Shown here piece by piece: positions 31,424 to 40,577 of a stretch of 64,000 nt of DNA (position 1 is its first letter; each line of letters opens with the position of its first letter). Under the pieces are notes generated by a model. That model saw only the letters and a list, made by a program, of their open reading frames with translations. It ran no database searches and was not told the origin of the DNA. Source of the DNA: Methanotrichaceae archaeon (GTDB lineage Archaea; Halobacteriota; Methanosarcinia; Methanotrichales; Methanotrichaceae); NCBI GenBank assembly GCA_963748825.1, contig CAVVKN010000018.1, positions 1 through 64,000 of the forward strand, given 5' to 3'. A program made the translations under genes and the position numbers.

Positions 31424-33091
31424 TTGATGCCTGCACAATTAACATATCCAGGTGTATATATTGAAGAGATCCCGAGTGGTGTGCGAACCATCATGGGAGT
31501 TAGCACTTCCACGACAGCATTCCTGGGGAGAGCTAGTTGTGGACCTGTTAACGAGCCGAAGATCATCAACAACTTTGGAGATTTTGAAAGAACTTTCGGA
31601 AAAATTCAAGAAGATTTGCCTTTAGGTTATTCTGTAAAGGATTTCTTCTCAAATGGAGGTGGCAAAGCTATTATTGTGCGCCTTTATAAGAAAGCCACCT
31701 CAGACCAAGGAACTTTGGAAGGCTTTGCGGAATTAGATGTTGGTGGGGTCGTACTCCAAGCGTCGGGTCAAGGAATTTGGGCCAACAAGCTAAAAGCTAT
31801 TGTTGATTACATTGGGATAGATGATAATCCCAAGGTGCCTGAGCGTTTTGGCCTCGATAAAGATCAAATGTTTAATCTAACTATCTTTGAGGAGATAAAT
31901 GGGAATCGCACCAAAGTCGAGAAGTTCCTTAATGTGGCAGTTGATAAACCACAAAAGAATGCTGGTTCTAGAAGAGTTGATAGAGTCCTTGCTGCAGAAT
32001 CAAGCATGGTTAAGGTAAAGCTAGTAAACAATACGCCTGGCCTTCCTTCAACTCGACCTCCAATAGGTCCTGCTGCTGCTCCTGCTGCTGCTCCTGCTGC
32101 TGCTCCTGCTGCTGCTCCTACGGAAAAGATCTTTGGGCCATTCACTGGTGGCAATGACGGCCAAGGACTTTCCTCCAAGGATGACTTTATTGGAGGCAAA
32201 GATCCGCAGACAGGCCTATACGCTCTTGATAAAGCGGACATATTTAATCTGCTTTGTATCCCACCTGATGGAAGGGAGACGGATGTTCCTGCTGAAGTAT
32301 TTCAGGCTGCAGCCGAGTACTGTCATAAGCGAAGAGCTTTCCTGATAGTTGATCCTCAGAAGAGCTGGGGAAAACTCAGGGAGAAAGCCGTTAAAAACGC
32401 CAAAGATGGGGTCAACGGAATGAATCTAGGGGGTGAGAATGGTAGCAATGCCGCGATATTCTTCCCATGTGTACTCCAGATGGACTCTTTGAGAGGGGAT
32501 CAGATTGATACCTTTGTTCCTTGCGGCATTATTGCTGGCATCATGGCCAGAACCGATACCCAACGAGGAGTTTGGAAGGCTCCAGCTGGCCTAGATGCTA
32601 GCATTAATGTAATCGCTGGCCTCCAAGTGGATCTAAATGATGATGAAAACGGAGATCTTAATCCACTGGGAATAAATTGCCTCAGAAATTTCGATGTCTA
32701 TGGAAAGGTTGTTTGGGGAGCTAGGACATTGAGGGGAGCGGACCAATTGGCTAGCGAATGGAAATATATTCCTATAAGGCGCTTGGCTCTCTATATTGAA
32801 GAAAGCCTTTATCGTGGGACAAAGTGGGTTGTCTTCGAGCCCAACGATGAGCCTCTTTGGGCTCAGATTCGCCTTAATGTAGGTGCTTTCATGCATGGCC
32901 TCTTTCGTCAAGGTGCATTCCAGGGTACGACACCAAGAGATGCCTATTTCGTCAAATGCGATAATGAGACAACCACCCAGGACGATAGAAATCGCGGAAT
33001 TGTGAATATAGTCGTGGGCTTTGCACCTCTTAAACCTGCTGAGTTTGTTGTTATCAAGATCCAGCAGATTACAGGTCAGATAGAGACTTAG
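31424..33091 (+). CDS. Contractile tail sheath protein (gp18/Afp2-4-like)
   Basis: TYPGVYIEE, RGVWKAPAG, VWGARTL, WVVFEPNDEPLW, APLKPAEFV; the start is probably the ATG at 31427. Confidence 0.95.
   Translation: MMPAQLTYPGVYIEEIPSGVRTIMGVSTSTTAFLGRASCGPVNEPKIINNFGDFERTFGKIQEDLPLGYSVKDFFSNGGGKAIIVRLYKKATSDQGTLEGFAELDVGGVVLQASGQGIWANKLKAIVDYIGIDDNPKVPERFGLDKDQMFNLTIFEEINGNRTKVEKFLNVAVDKPQKNAGSRRVDRVLAAESSMVKVKLVNNTPGLPSTRPPIGPAAAPAAAPAAAPAAAPTEKIFGPFTGGNDGQGLSSKDDFIGGKDPQTGLYALDKADIFNLLCIPPDGRETDVPAEVFQAAAEYCHKRRAFLIVDPQKSWGKLREKAVKNAKDGVNGMNLGGENGSNAAIFFPCVLQMDSLRGDQIDTFVPCGIIAGIMARTDTQRGVWKAPAGLDASINVIAGLQVDLNDDENGDLNPLGINCLRNFDVYGKVVWGARTLRGADQLASEWKYIPIRRLALYIEESLYRGTKWVVFEPNDEPLWAQIRLNVGAFMHGLFRQGAFQGTTPRDAYFVKCDNETTTQDDRNRGIVNIVVGFAPLKPAEFVVIKIQQITGQIET
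32069..32119 (+). repeat. In-frame 12-bp tandem repeat (cctgctgctgct)x4 encoding (PAAA)4
   Basis: Four perfect copies at 32069-32116 plus cct. Confidence 0.95.
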
Positions 33092-33103
33092 GAGTGATAT
33101 GAA

Positions 33104-33637
33104 ATGGCACAGTTCAAAGTTAATACATATCGTTTTGATCCATATAAGAACTTTAAGTTCCTGGTCAAGTTCGAAGGTCAGACTGATCCCGTGGCTGGAA
33201 TGAGCAAGGTGAGTGGCCTAAAGCGAACTACCGAGGTTGTAAAGCATCGTGATGGCGGTGATCCAAGTTCAAGCCGAAAATCACCCGGCAGGACAGAGTA
33301 CGATCCCATCACTCTCGAGCGAGGAGTGACTCACGACACTGAATTCGAAAAGTGGGCAAACAAGGTCTGGAACTATGGAGCTGGCAGGGGCAACGAAGTA
33401 TCTTTAAAGGATTTCAGGAAGAATATACTGATAGAGGTCTTAAACGAGTCTGGACAGATCTCAATTAGATATAAAGTTTATCGATGTTGGGTATCGGAAT
33501 ATCAGGCTTTGTCGGATTTAGATGCTAATGCTAATGCTGTAGCGATACAGCATATCAAGCTTGAGAACGAGGGATGGGAAAGAGACCAAGAATTAACTGA
33601 ACCTACCGAGCCGAGCTTCTCTAATCCTGCAGAGTAG
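33104..33637 (+). CDS. Tail tube protein (T4 gp19/Afp1-like)
   Basis: DPYKNFKF, KSPGRTEYDPITLERG, LDANANAVAIQHIKL. Confidence 0.93.
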   Translation: MAQFKVNTYRFDPYKNFKFLVKFEGQTDPVAGMSKVSGLKRTTEVVKHRDGGDPSSSRKSPGRTEYDPITLERGVTHDTEFEKWANKVWNYGAGRGNEVSLKDFRKNILIEVLNESGQISIRYKVYRCWVSEYQALSDLDANANAVAIQHIKLENEGWERDQELTEPTEPSFSNPAE

Positions 33638-34378
33638 TTGAGCATGCAATCGATCTCAGCCTCTGAGCTGCTCGATATCTGGGAGAAAGGATCAGCTAAA
33701 GGGCCAATCCAAAGAGCAATTTTTCTTCTGATCGTAGCATTTCCTGAAAAACCCACCATTGAACTGGCTAATCTATGCATTGGCGAAAGGGATGCACACC
33801 TCTTAGCGTTACGTGAATATATATTTGGACCTATGCTAAATGGCTCTGCCGTTTGTCCTAAATGCGGAGAAAAAATAGAGTTCGACGTCGATGTGGATGC
33901 GTTAAAAGAAGCCTCTAGCGCAAAATCTTCTATAGACCTATCTATGGAATGCGGTGAATATAAGGTGTATTTCAGACTTCCAAACACCTTTGATCTTGAA
34001 GCCGTTTCAGTCTACCGGGAAATCGATTCAGCTAGAGACAACTTGCTTAAGCGTTGTTTATCGAAATCGTATCATAATGAGTGTGAGATACCTCTGGATA
34101 GCTTGCCGATTGAAGTTCTTGATTTAGTGGCTGCAGATATGAGCAAACTTGATCCACAGGGTGATTTGCTTTTTGAGCTTTCATGCCCTATTTGCGGCCA
34201 TAAATGGCAGGCTATCTTCGATATTGTATCATTTTTCTGGAGCGAGATAACCGCTTGGGCACAACGCATGCTTCGAGAGGTTCATGTTCTGGCCTCGGCT
34301 TACCGTTGGCGAGAGTCTGACATTTTGGCAATGAGCGCTTGGCGACGACAATCTTACTTGGAGATGTTAGGTACATGA
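33638..34378 (+). CDS. T4-baseplate-like (gp26-like) protein with two CxxC motifs
   Basis: IGERD..LL.LRE..FG, CPKCG, CPICG, VH.LA.AY.W.E.DIL.M...RR..YL. Confidence 0.75.
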   Translation: MSMQSISASELLDIWEKGSAKGPIQRAIFLLIVAFPEKPTIELANLCIGERDAHLLALREYIFGPMLNGSAVCPKCGEKIEFDVDVDALKEASSAKSSIDLSMECGEYKVYFRLPNTFDLEAVSVYREIDSARDNLLKRCLSKSYHNECEIPLDSLPIEVLDLVAADMSKLDPQGDLLFELSCPICGHKWQAIFDIVSFFWSEITAWAQRMLREVHVLASAYRWRESDILAMSAWRRQSYLEMLGT

Positions 34379-35388
34379 GAGATTACCTCAGCAACCTTGT
34401 CGGCAGAAGTTTAAACCTTGTTGATGTTGTAAGACCAAGGTTAATTTCAATGTTTGAACCGCCTGCTATCCAGGCGGATGGTACTTTTTTTTATGCATCT
34501 CGATCCTCCGGCGAAAGAAATGGTGAGCCAGAATCTGCAATCTCAAGCGTTAATCTTCGCCAGAATTATGGAGATCGCAAAAAGGGTATAAATACATCTG
34601 AGCTGATTACTGCCAAGAATGACTCAAAGATGTCTTTAGAAAATAAATTATCTGAGCCTCAACCAAGAGCTTTCGAAGATCAGCCGTTTGTTGAGGTGGC
34701 TTTGAATCCAATAGGATCTGCATACGAATTAAAGAGCATGGAAAGCAAGAATAATAATTTCTCTGATATAGTAAGATCAAATGAAAAAGCAATAAGAAAT
34801 GTAAAAAGTCAAGAACGCTCCAAAACAAAAAATTCTTTGATCAAGGACGAAAATATTCCAGAGCACCTAGGAATATTTAAAGGAGATGATTATTCTTATC
34901 GCATATCAAATGAAGATAGATCGCAGGAATTACAGGGGCTAGATATCCCTCGGATTGAGATTGAAGGAAGCAAATTAGAAAGACAAGATAAAGACTCAGA
35001 GGCAGAACATCGGCAATTCAAGGTGCCAAATGCTTCTCGAGACGCTAATAGTAACGAGAGAGAATACTTGGATGGCAAGAATGAGCGAATTGATCCGGTA
35101 TTAAAGATTCCCGATATCGAGACTGATTCTATCGTCAGCATTCGAATGCCTTTCCACATGAAAATGCAAACACAGAAGGCTATAAAAGAAAATATTCCTC
35201 AATCCATTTCTTCATACCAGGGATCAGGATTGCGGGAAATCTCTGATCCGGTGGTTCAAGTTACCATAGGTCGAATCGATGTGAAGGCAAATCAGCAACT
35301 GCCTAAATCCACTGCTAAACGTTCACCCTCTATTGCTCCAAGCTTGGACGAATATCTCAAGAGACGCGCTGATGGAGGTATTAGATGA
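34375..35388 (+). CDS. eCIS-associated hypothetical protein, largely disordered
   Basis: Overlaps both neighbours; charged low-structure middle; C-terminal VQVTIGRIDV...SLDEYL. Confidence 0.7.
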   Translation: MRDYLSNLVGRSLNLVDVVRPRLISMFEPPAIQADGTFFYASRSSGERNGEPESAISSVNLRQNYGDRKKGINTSELITAKNDSKMSLENKLSEPQPRAFEDQPFVEVALNPIGSAYELKSMESKNNNFSDIVRSNEKAIRNVKSQERSKTKNSLIKDENIPEHLGIFKGDDYSYRISNEDRSQELQGLDIPRIEIEGSKLERQDKDSEAEHRQFKVPNASRDANSNEREYLDGKNERIDPVLKIPDIETDSIVSIRMPFHMKMQTQKAIKENIPQSISSYQGSGLREISDPVVQVTIGRIDVKANQQLPKSTAKRSPSIAPSLDEYLKRRADGGIR

Positions 35389-36608
35389 GCAATCCATTAG
35401 CAATTGCTGCTGTAACGGCCACTCTCCAAAACCTCTTTACAAAAGAGATTCATAAAGATAATGCACTTTCAGATGCCATAATCACAGTACAGTCTCCGGA
35501 TAGAGCCAGAGGCAGCAATACTGCGAATCAGTTGAATATATTCCTTTACCAAGTTGCATATGATGCGGCATTCCGCAATGCTGTTATGCCTGGTCGATTG
35601 AGGCCAGGGGAGACAGGCTATCCGCCATTATCTCTCAGCCTTTTTTATCTGATCACTGCTTACGGCCAGGACAACGATGACACTAATAGCCATCATTTGT
35701 TAAGCAAGGCGATGAGCATACTGCATGATCATCCTCTACTGGGTGCGGATGAAATCAGGGACTCTCTTCCCGGAAACGATCTCTATAAGCAGCTAGAACG
35801 CGTGCGTATTACACCTCAACCTATCACCCTTGATGAGATGTCCAAGCTCTGGATGACCTTTCAGACTCAGTATAGGATCTCAGCTGCTTATCACATCTCG
35901 GTTGTGCTCATTGATAGCACTAGGGCTGTGACAACTCCTTTGCCCGTAATTAACCGCGGAGATGAGGATCAAGGAGCTGATGTTCTCTCCGCTCCCTCCG
36001 CTATCATTGAATCTATTGAGCTACCTGGAATAAAACGAAGCGCAGAGCTAGGAGATGTCATTACTTTAAAAGGCCAGCGATTTGATGACCAGATGAAATT
36101 GTACATACTAAATCAGCACATGCACGGCCCTGAGGATGAACCGATGCGAGAGGTGATATTAGAGCAGGAGCCTGGGAGCACGGCCAAAGAGATTAAGGTC
36201 AAGATACCCGATGATTCAACTAATTGGTCCGCAGGACTCTATACAATCCATGCCGCATTAAGCCTCAAGGGTGATAGAAAACTGACCACGAATGAGCTGC
36301 CCTTATCCCTGGCTCCAACCATTCTCAATATCCAACCCCCTTCAGCAAAGAAAGGCGATGTAACTCTGACCCTGACTGTCAAGCCCGATGTTCGGCCTAA
36401 ACAAGAGGTTTACCTTCTCTTCGGAAGTGATCAGATAGCTTTAAAAAGCAATCCTGCATCCGATGAACTCGTCTTTTCCTTTAATACTGCTAAAACAGGC
36501 GATCACATAGTTCGATTGAGGATTGATGGCGTTGACAGCATTCCAATCGATCCCAAGGCCACGCCTCCGAAGTTCGATGACAAGCAAAAGGTGAATATCC
36601 ATGATTGA
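35385..36608 (+). CDS. DUF4255 / Pvc16-like cap (tail terminator) with C-terminal Ig-like domains
   Basis: MSNPLAIAAVT, LNIFLYQV, L.L.YLITAY, LHDHP, SAAY..SVVLI. Confidence 0.85.
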   Translation: MSNPLAIAAVTATLQNLFTKEIHKDNALSDAIITVQSPDRARGSNTANQLNIFLYQVAYDAAFRNAVMPGRLRPGETGYPPLSLSLFYLITAYGQDNDDTNSHHLLSKAMSILHDHPLLGADEIRDSLPGNDLYKQLERVRITPQPITLDEMSKLWMTFQTQYRISAAYHISVVLIDSTRAVTTPLPVINRGDEDQGADVLSAPSAIIESIELPGIKRSAELGDVITLKGQRFDDQMKLYILNQHMHGPEDEPMREVILEQEPGSTAKEIKVKIPDDSTNWSAGLYTIHAALSLKGDRKLTTNELPLSLAPTILNIQPPSAKKGDVTLTLTVKPDVRPKQEVYLLFGSDQIALKSNPASDELVFSFNTAKTGDHIVRLRIDGVDSIPIDPKATPPKFDDKQKVNIHD

Positions 36609-38796
36609 GGACGATAGCTGGTACCATAAGAATGACAGGTATCTCGCTATTTCCTTGGCATGGATTCGAAGGCGATTGGAAAGGCTTGCAGAGAGGAATG
36701 AAATTGACGATGCTGAGGGCCAAGAAGATCAGGAGCTTTCAGAGGTTTCTAGAAATGTAGATACGCCAGTTCAATCAGAGAAGGGTTCCTTTTGGAGTCG
36801 ATTGAATCTGAGATTTAATGATCCGACTGAATCAGACAATGACCTGGATAAAGATGCATCAGATGCATCTCATGCAGAAATAAGCGATACTTATGACAGG
36901 GCAATTGATGATCCGGCTCAGTATGATGATCAGGCTCGGGCAGAAAATGGATTGGATGCATTTGAAGCGGATGAGCGTCCGCCTAACCTGATAGTGCTTA
37001 GCCGTGCTTTAGGCCTCAATAGGTTTGAAAGGAATCTGCTTCTTCTCTGTGCGGCTATGGAGCTGGATACGAGGATTCCGGGTCTATGCGCCCGCGCCCA
37101 GGACGATCATAACCGTCCTTACCCTACCTTTGCCCTGGCCATGGCGCTTTTTGATGAGCAACCCCATGATTTGCTCTCCCCCTTGAGGCCACTAAGATAT
37201 TGGCGGCTGATTGAGATCAACCAGCCTCCCGCTTATCCTCTAAGCATCAGTCCCTTGCGAGCCGACGAGCGGATTGTCAACTATATCAAGGGGCTGAACT
37301 ATCTGGATGATAGGCTCGCATCCCTCTTGACCCTTATAAAAGTATCCAAAGAATCTTCGATTCTTCCAGATTCTCAGAGCAAGGCTGTGGAGTCAATAGT
37401 TCATAATCTCGGCTCGTCCGATTCCCATCCACCAGTTGTTCAATTGCTGGGAATAGATTGCTCGACCAAACAGATGATTGCGGGTTATGCTTCTCGTAAG
37501 CTAGGAAAGAAGCTCTATTATTTGCCAATACAGTTGATACCCCAGCAGGTGGGGGAGATGGAGACATTTTCCCGGCTCTGGCAGAGGGAATGTAACCTTC
37601 TTCCCATAGCCCTCTACCTGGATGTTCATGAGTTCGACCATGCTCAGATGAATGCACAAGCATCCTTTCTCAGTCGCTTTTTGGACACAAGCAGCGGCAT
37701 GTACTTCATGGATACTAGAGACAGATGGACGGAACTGATAAGAGAATCCATTGTGCTGGAGACCGCCAAGCCTATAACTTCCGAACAGCAGGCAGCCTGG
37801 TCAAATGCCCTTGGGCTAAAATCAGATGGAATTCCTGCCAGGCTCGCTTGCCAGTTCGACTTGAATCTCAGCACAATAAATCAGATAGCTCAAAGAGAAC
37901 TGCAGGAATCGGACGGCAGCACTCTTCCTCTCGAAGACAGGCTTTGGCGATCATGCAGAGAGAGTACACGGCCTACTCTTGATGGGCTGGCGCAGCCTCT
38001 CAAGCCCGTAGCAACCTGTAAGGATATTGTGCTGCCCAAGAAGGAGAAGGATTTGCTGGATCTGATAGCACGGCAGGTAAAATATCGCTGCAAGGTTTAT
38101 GATAAAGGGGGATTTAGGAAGAAGATGAATCGGGGCTTGGGAATAAGCGTGCTTTTCGCCGGGGATAGCGGAACTGGAAAGACCATGGCCGCTGAGGCAT
38201 TGGCCAATGAATTGGACCTTGACATTTTTAGAATAGACCTTTCTGCAGTGGTCAGCAAATATATCGGAGAGACAGAGAAAAACCTGCGCCGCCTCTTTGA
38301 TGCCTTTGAGGGAAGTGGCGCCATTCTATTCTTCGATGAGGCGGATGCCCTTTTTGGCAAACGCAGTGAGGTAAAAGATAGCCATGATAGATATGCCAAC
38401 ATTGAGATCAACTATCTGCTGCAACGCATAGAGGCCTATCGCGGTCTAGCCATATTAGCGACCAATATGAAGAATGCTCTAGACCCAGCATTCATGCGAA
38501 GGTTGCGATTCATAGTGAATTTTCCATTTCCTGGAAAAGATGATCGCCTCAAGATCTGGAAAACGGTATTTCCTGATGAGACGCTCAAAGAGAATTTGGA
38601 TTTTGAGAGACTGGCTAATTTCGCCATTACTGGAGGCAGCATTCACAACATAGCTCTAAATGCGGCGTTTTTGGCGGCTCCTGCCGGAGTGCCAGTGTCA
38701 ATGTCCATGATCATGGATTCAGCAAAGATCGAATTTCAGAAGATGGGGATACGCATCAACGAGGCTGAGTTCACCCTTCCAGGGAGCAAGAAATGA
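36601..38796 (+). CDS. AAA+ ATPase (Afp15/Pvc15-like)
   Basis: Walker A GDSGTGKT, VVSKYIGETEKNL, Walker B FFDEADALFGKR, DRYAN.E. Confidence 0.93.
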   Translation: MIEDDSWYHKNDRYLAISLAWIRRRLERLAERNEIDDAEGQEDQELSEVSRNVDTPVQSEKGSFWSRLNLRFNDPTESDNDLDKDASDASHAEISDTYDRAIDDPAQYDDQARAENGLDAFEADERPPNLIVLSRALGLNRFERNLLLLCAAMELDTRIPGLCARAQDDHNRPYPTFALAMALFDEQPHDLLSPLRPLRYWRLIEINQPPAYPLSISPLRADERIVNYIKGLNYLDDRLASLLTLIKVSKESSILPDSQSKAVESIVHNLGSSDSHPPVVQLLGIDCSTKQMIAGYASRKLGKKLYYLPIQLIPQQVGEMETFSRLWQRECNLLPIALYLDVHEFDHAQMNAQASFLSRFLDTSSGMYFMDTRDRWTELIRESIVLETAKPITSEQQAAWSNALGLKSDGIPARLACQFDLNLSTINQIAQRELQESDGSTLPLEDRLWRSCRESTRPTLDGLAQPLKPVATCKDIVLPKKEKDLLDLIARQVKYRCKVYDKGGFRKKMNRGLGISVLFAGDSGTGKTMAAEALANELDLDIFRIDLSAVVSKYIGETEKNLRRLFDAFEGSGAILFFDEADALFGKRSEVKDSHDRYANIEINYLLQRIEAYRGLAILATNMKNALDPAFMRRLRFIVNFPFPGKDDRLKIWKTVFPDETLKENLDFERLANFAITGGSIHNIALNAAFLAAPAGVPVSMSMIMDSAKIEFQKMGIRINEAEFTLPGSKK

Positions 38797-39050
38797 GGAT
38801 AAACTTGCATATCGAGAGGCTTATTCTTGACGGCTTGCCACTTGAGCCCGGCCAGGGGCGTGTCGTGAAAGCAGCGGTTGAGGCGGAGCTGACCCGGATG
38901 ATTGCAGGCCAGGGCATATCATCAGAACTGATGACGGGAGGAGCAGTCCCTTCGGTATCAGCGAATGGCATTCAAATTGCTCCGGGGGCCAAACCGGCCG
39001 TCATCGGCAGAGAAATTGCCAGGTCGGTTTATGGAGGATTGGGCAGATGA
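38793..39050 (+). CDS. Small eCIS-associated hypothetical protein
   Basis: INLHIERLILDG; ATGA overlaps at both ends. Confidence 0.75.
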   Translation: MRINLHIERLILDGLPLEPGQGRVVKAAVEAELTRMIAGQGISSELMTGGAVPSVSANGIQIAPGAKPAVIGREIARSVYGGLGR

Positions 39051-40516
39051 GCTATGAATTATTTGATCAGGCTCGAAAATATTTGCCAACTTCATTCATC
39101 AGCGGCTTGCTTCCAAGAGAATGCGATAAATGCCACGAAAAGAAACCGGCCTTGCAGCGCTCAGCCATCAATTCAGCTCCGGGATCTGTTCCGCCAATAG
39201 TGCATGAAGTATTGCGCACGCCAGGCCAGCCGCTGGATTCAGATGTTCGTGCTTTCATGGAGCCGCGCTTTGGTCATGATTTCGGTCAGGTTCGCATACA
39301 CACCGATGACCGAGCCGCAAAATCGGCACAGGCGGCAAATGCACTAGCTTACACAGTGAGACATGACGTCGTTTTCGACACAGCGCATTACGCGCCGGGT
39401 ACTCTTCCTGGGCAGAGACTGCTGGCCCATGAGCTGACCCATTTGGTGCAGCAGTCGAAAGGGAATGTGACAGGGACGATGGGCAAGAGTTCACCGGAGA
39501 TCAGCTCTCCCAGCGATCCATTGGAACGAGAGGCAACAAGGATCTCAGGCAGCATTGTTTCATCCGGCGCAGGAACTACAGGCCTTGAGGCCATAGCGCC
39601 CAGAGAAGATATCTCTGCTGCATCCGGGACGCAACTGTTGCGCCAGGTTGCTCCAAGCAGCGCGGAAGATGTTGATCTGGAGCTGGCCATGCCTGCAAGT
39701 GCATCGATGGCAGGTTCATTAACGATTGATAGATTTGAGTTGGACAAGGCCATCCTCACAAAGGAGCATCTGGGAGCATTATCCCAGCATACGAAGAAGC
39801 TGCAGAAGATCCTCAAGAGATACCCTGATTCGTTTGCTTCGGTCGTGGGCCATACCGATGCTTCCGGAACTGAAGAGCATAATGAGAAGCTTGGGCAAGA
39901 ACGAGCTGATGCAGTCCGGTCGGAATTGATCGCCCAGGGAATTTCGGGGGAGATTTTGCGTGCGGCGAGCCTTGGGGAGCGCTCGCTAATCGTACCCACT
40001 AAGGCGCCGGAGCCACGCAACCGTCGAGTGGAAATCCTATTTCAGTCACGAAACTTCATGGCTGGAAGATTCGGGACCGCTCAGAGTCCACCAATGTCGC
40101 TCAGGATGAGAGAAGGAGAAACAACGACCCCAAAACTACCCCCATCACCGCCTAGATCAATTTTCGATATCCTTAAAATTCCAGATATCAAGAATGAACC
40201 TAAGAATTGGTTAGAAGAAGCTTTGAAGCAAGATCGGCTATTGCGAACGCTGCCACGATGGGCCCGCGATAAAGCGATTGATGCGTTAAAAGATGCGGAT
40301 GAGATGGCGGCTGATAAAATAATCGATGCTATGCCCTGGGGCGGCAAGGAAAAGGAGGCTGCGAAGGCGGCAATAAAATCAATTCTGCAACTGTTGAAGG
40401 GTAAACGCTTCAAAGAGCCAACACCACCACTTCATGAGATGCCGCCTTCAGCGTCTCCCAAGTTCCAAGAGATGCCGGGGCAAGTCATCATTCCACTCTG
40501 GGAGAAAAAGTGGTAG
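39047..40516 (+). CDS. DUF4157 effector 1 with OmpA/MotB C-like domain
   Basis: GQPLD...FMEPRFGHDF..VRIH...LLAHELTH; VGHTDASG...N.KLGQERADAV...NRRVEI. Confidence 0.88.
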   Translation: MSYELFDQARKYLPTSFISGLLPRECDKCHEKKPALQRSAINSAPGSVPPIVHEVLRTPGQPLDSDVRAFMEPRFGHDFGQVRIHTDDRAAKSAQAANALAYTVRHDVVFDTAHYAPGTLPGQRLLAHELTHLVQQSKGNVTGTMGKSSPEISSPSDPLEREATRISGSIVSSGAGTTGLEAIAPREDISAASGTQLLRQVAPSSAEDVDLELAMPASASMAGSLTIDRFELDKAILTKEHLGALSQHTKKLQKILKRYPDSFASVVGHTDASGTEEHNEKLGQERADAVRSELIAQGISGEILRAASLGERSLIVPTKAPEPRNRRVEILFQSRNFMAGRFGTAQSPPMSLRMREGETTTPKLPPSPPRSIFDILKIPDIKNEPKNWLEEALKQDRLLRTLPRWARDKAIDALKDADEMAADKIIDAMPWGGKEKEAAKAAIKSILQLLKGKRFKEPTPPLHEMPPSASPKFQEMPGQVIIPLWEKKW

Positions 40517-40577
40517 CGAGCCAGAAAGGCCAATGAGATTAGCTGATCTAATAGACAAAGCAAGCTGAGATTATCAT

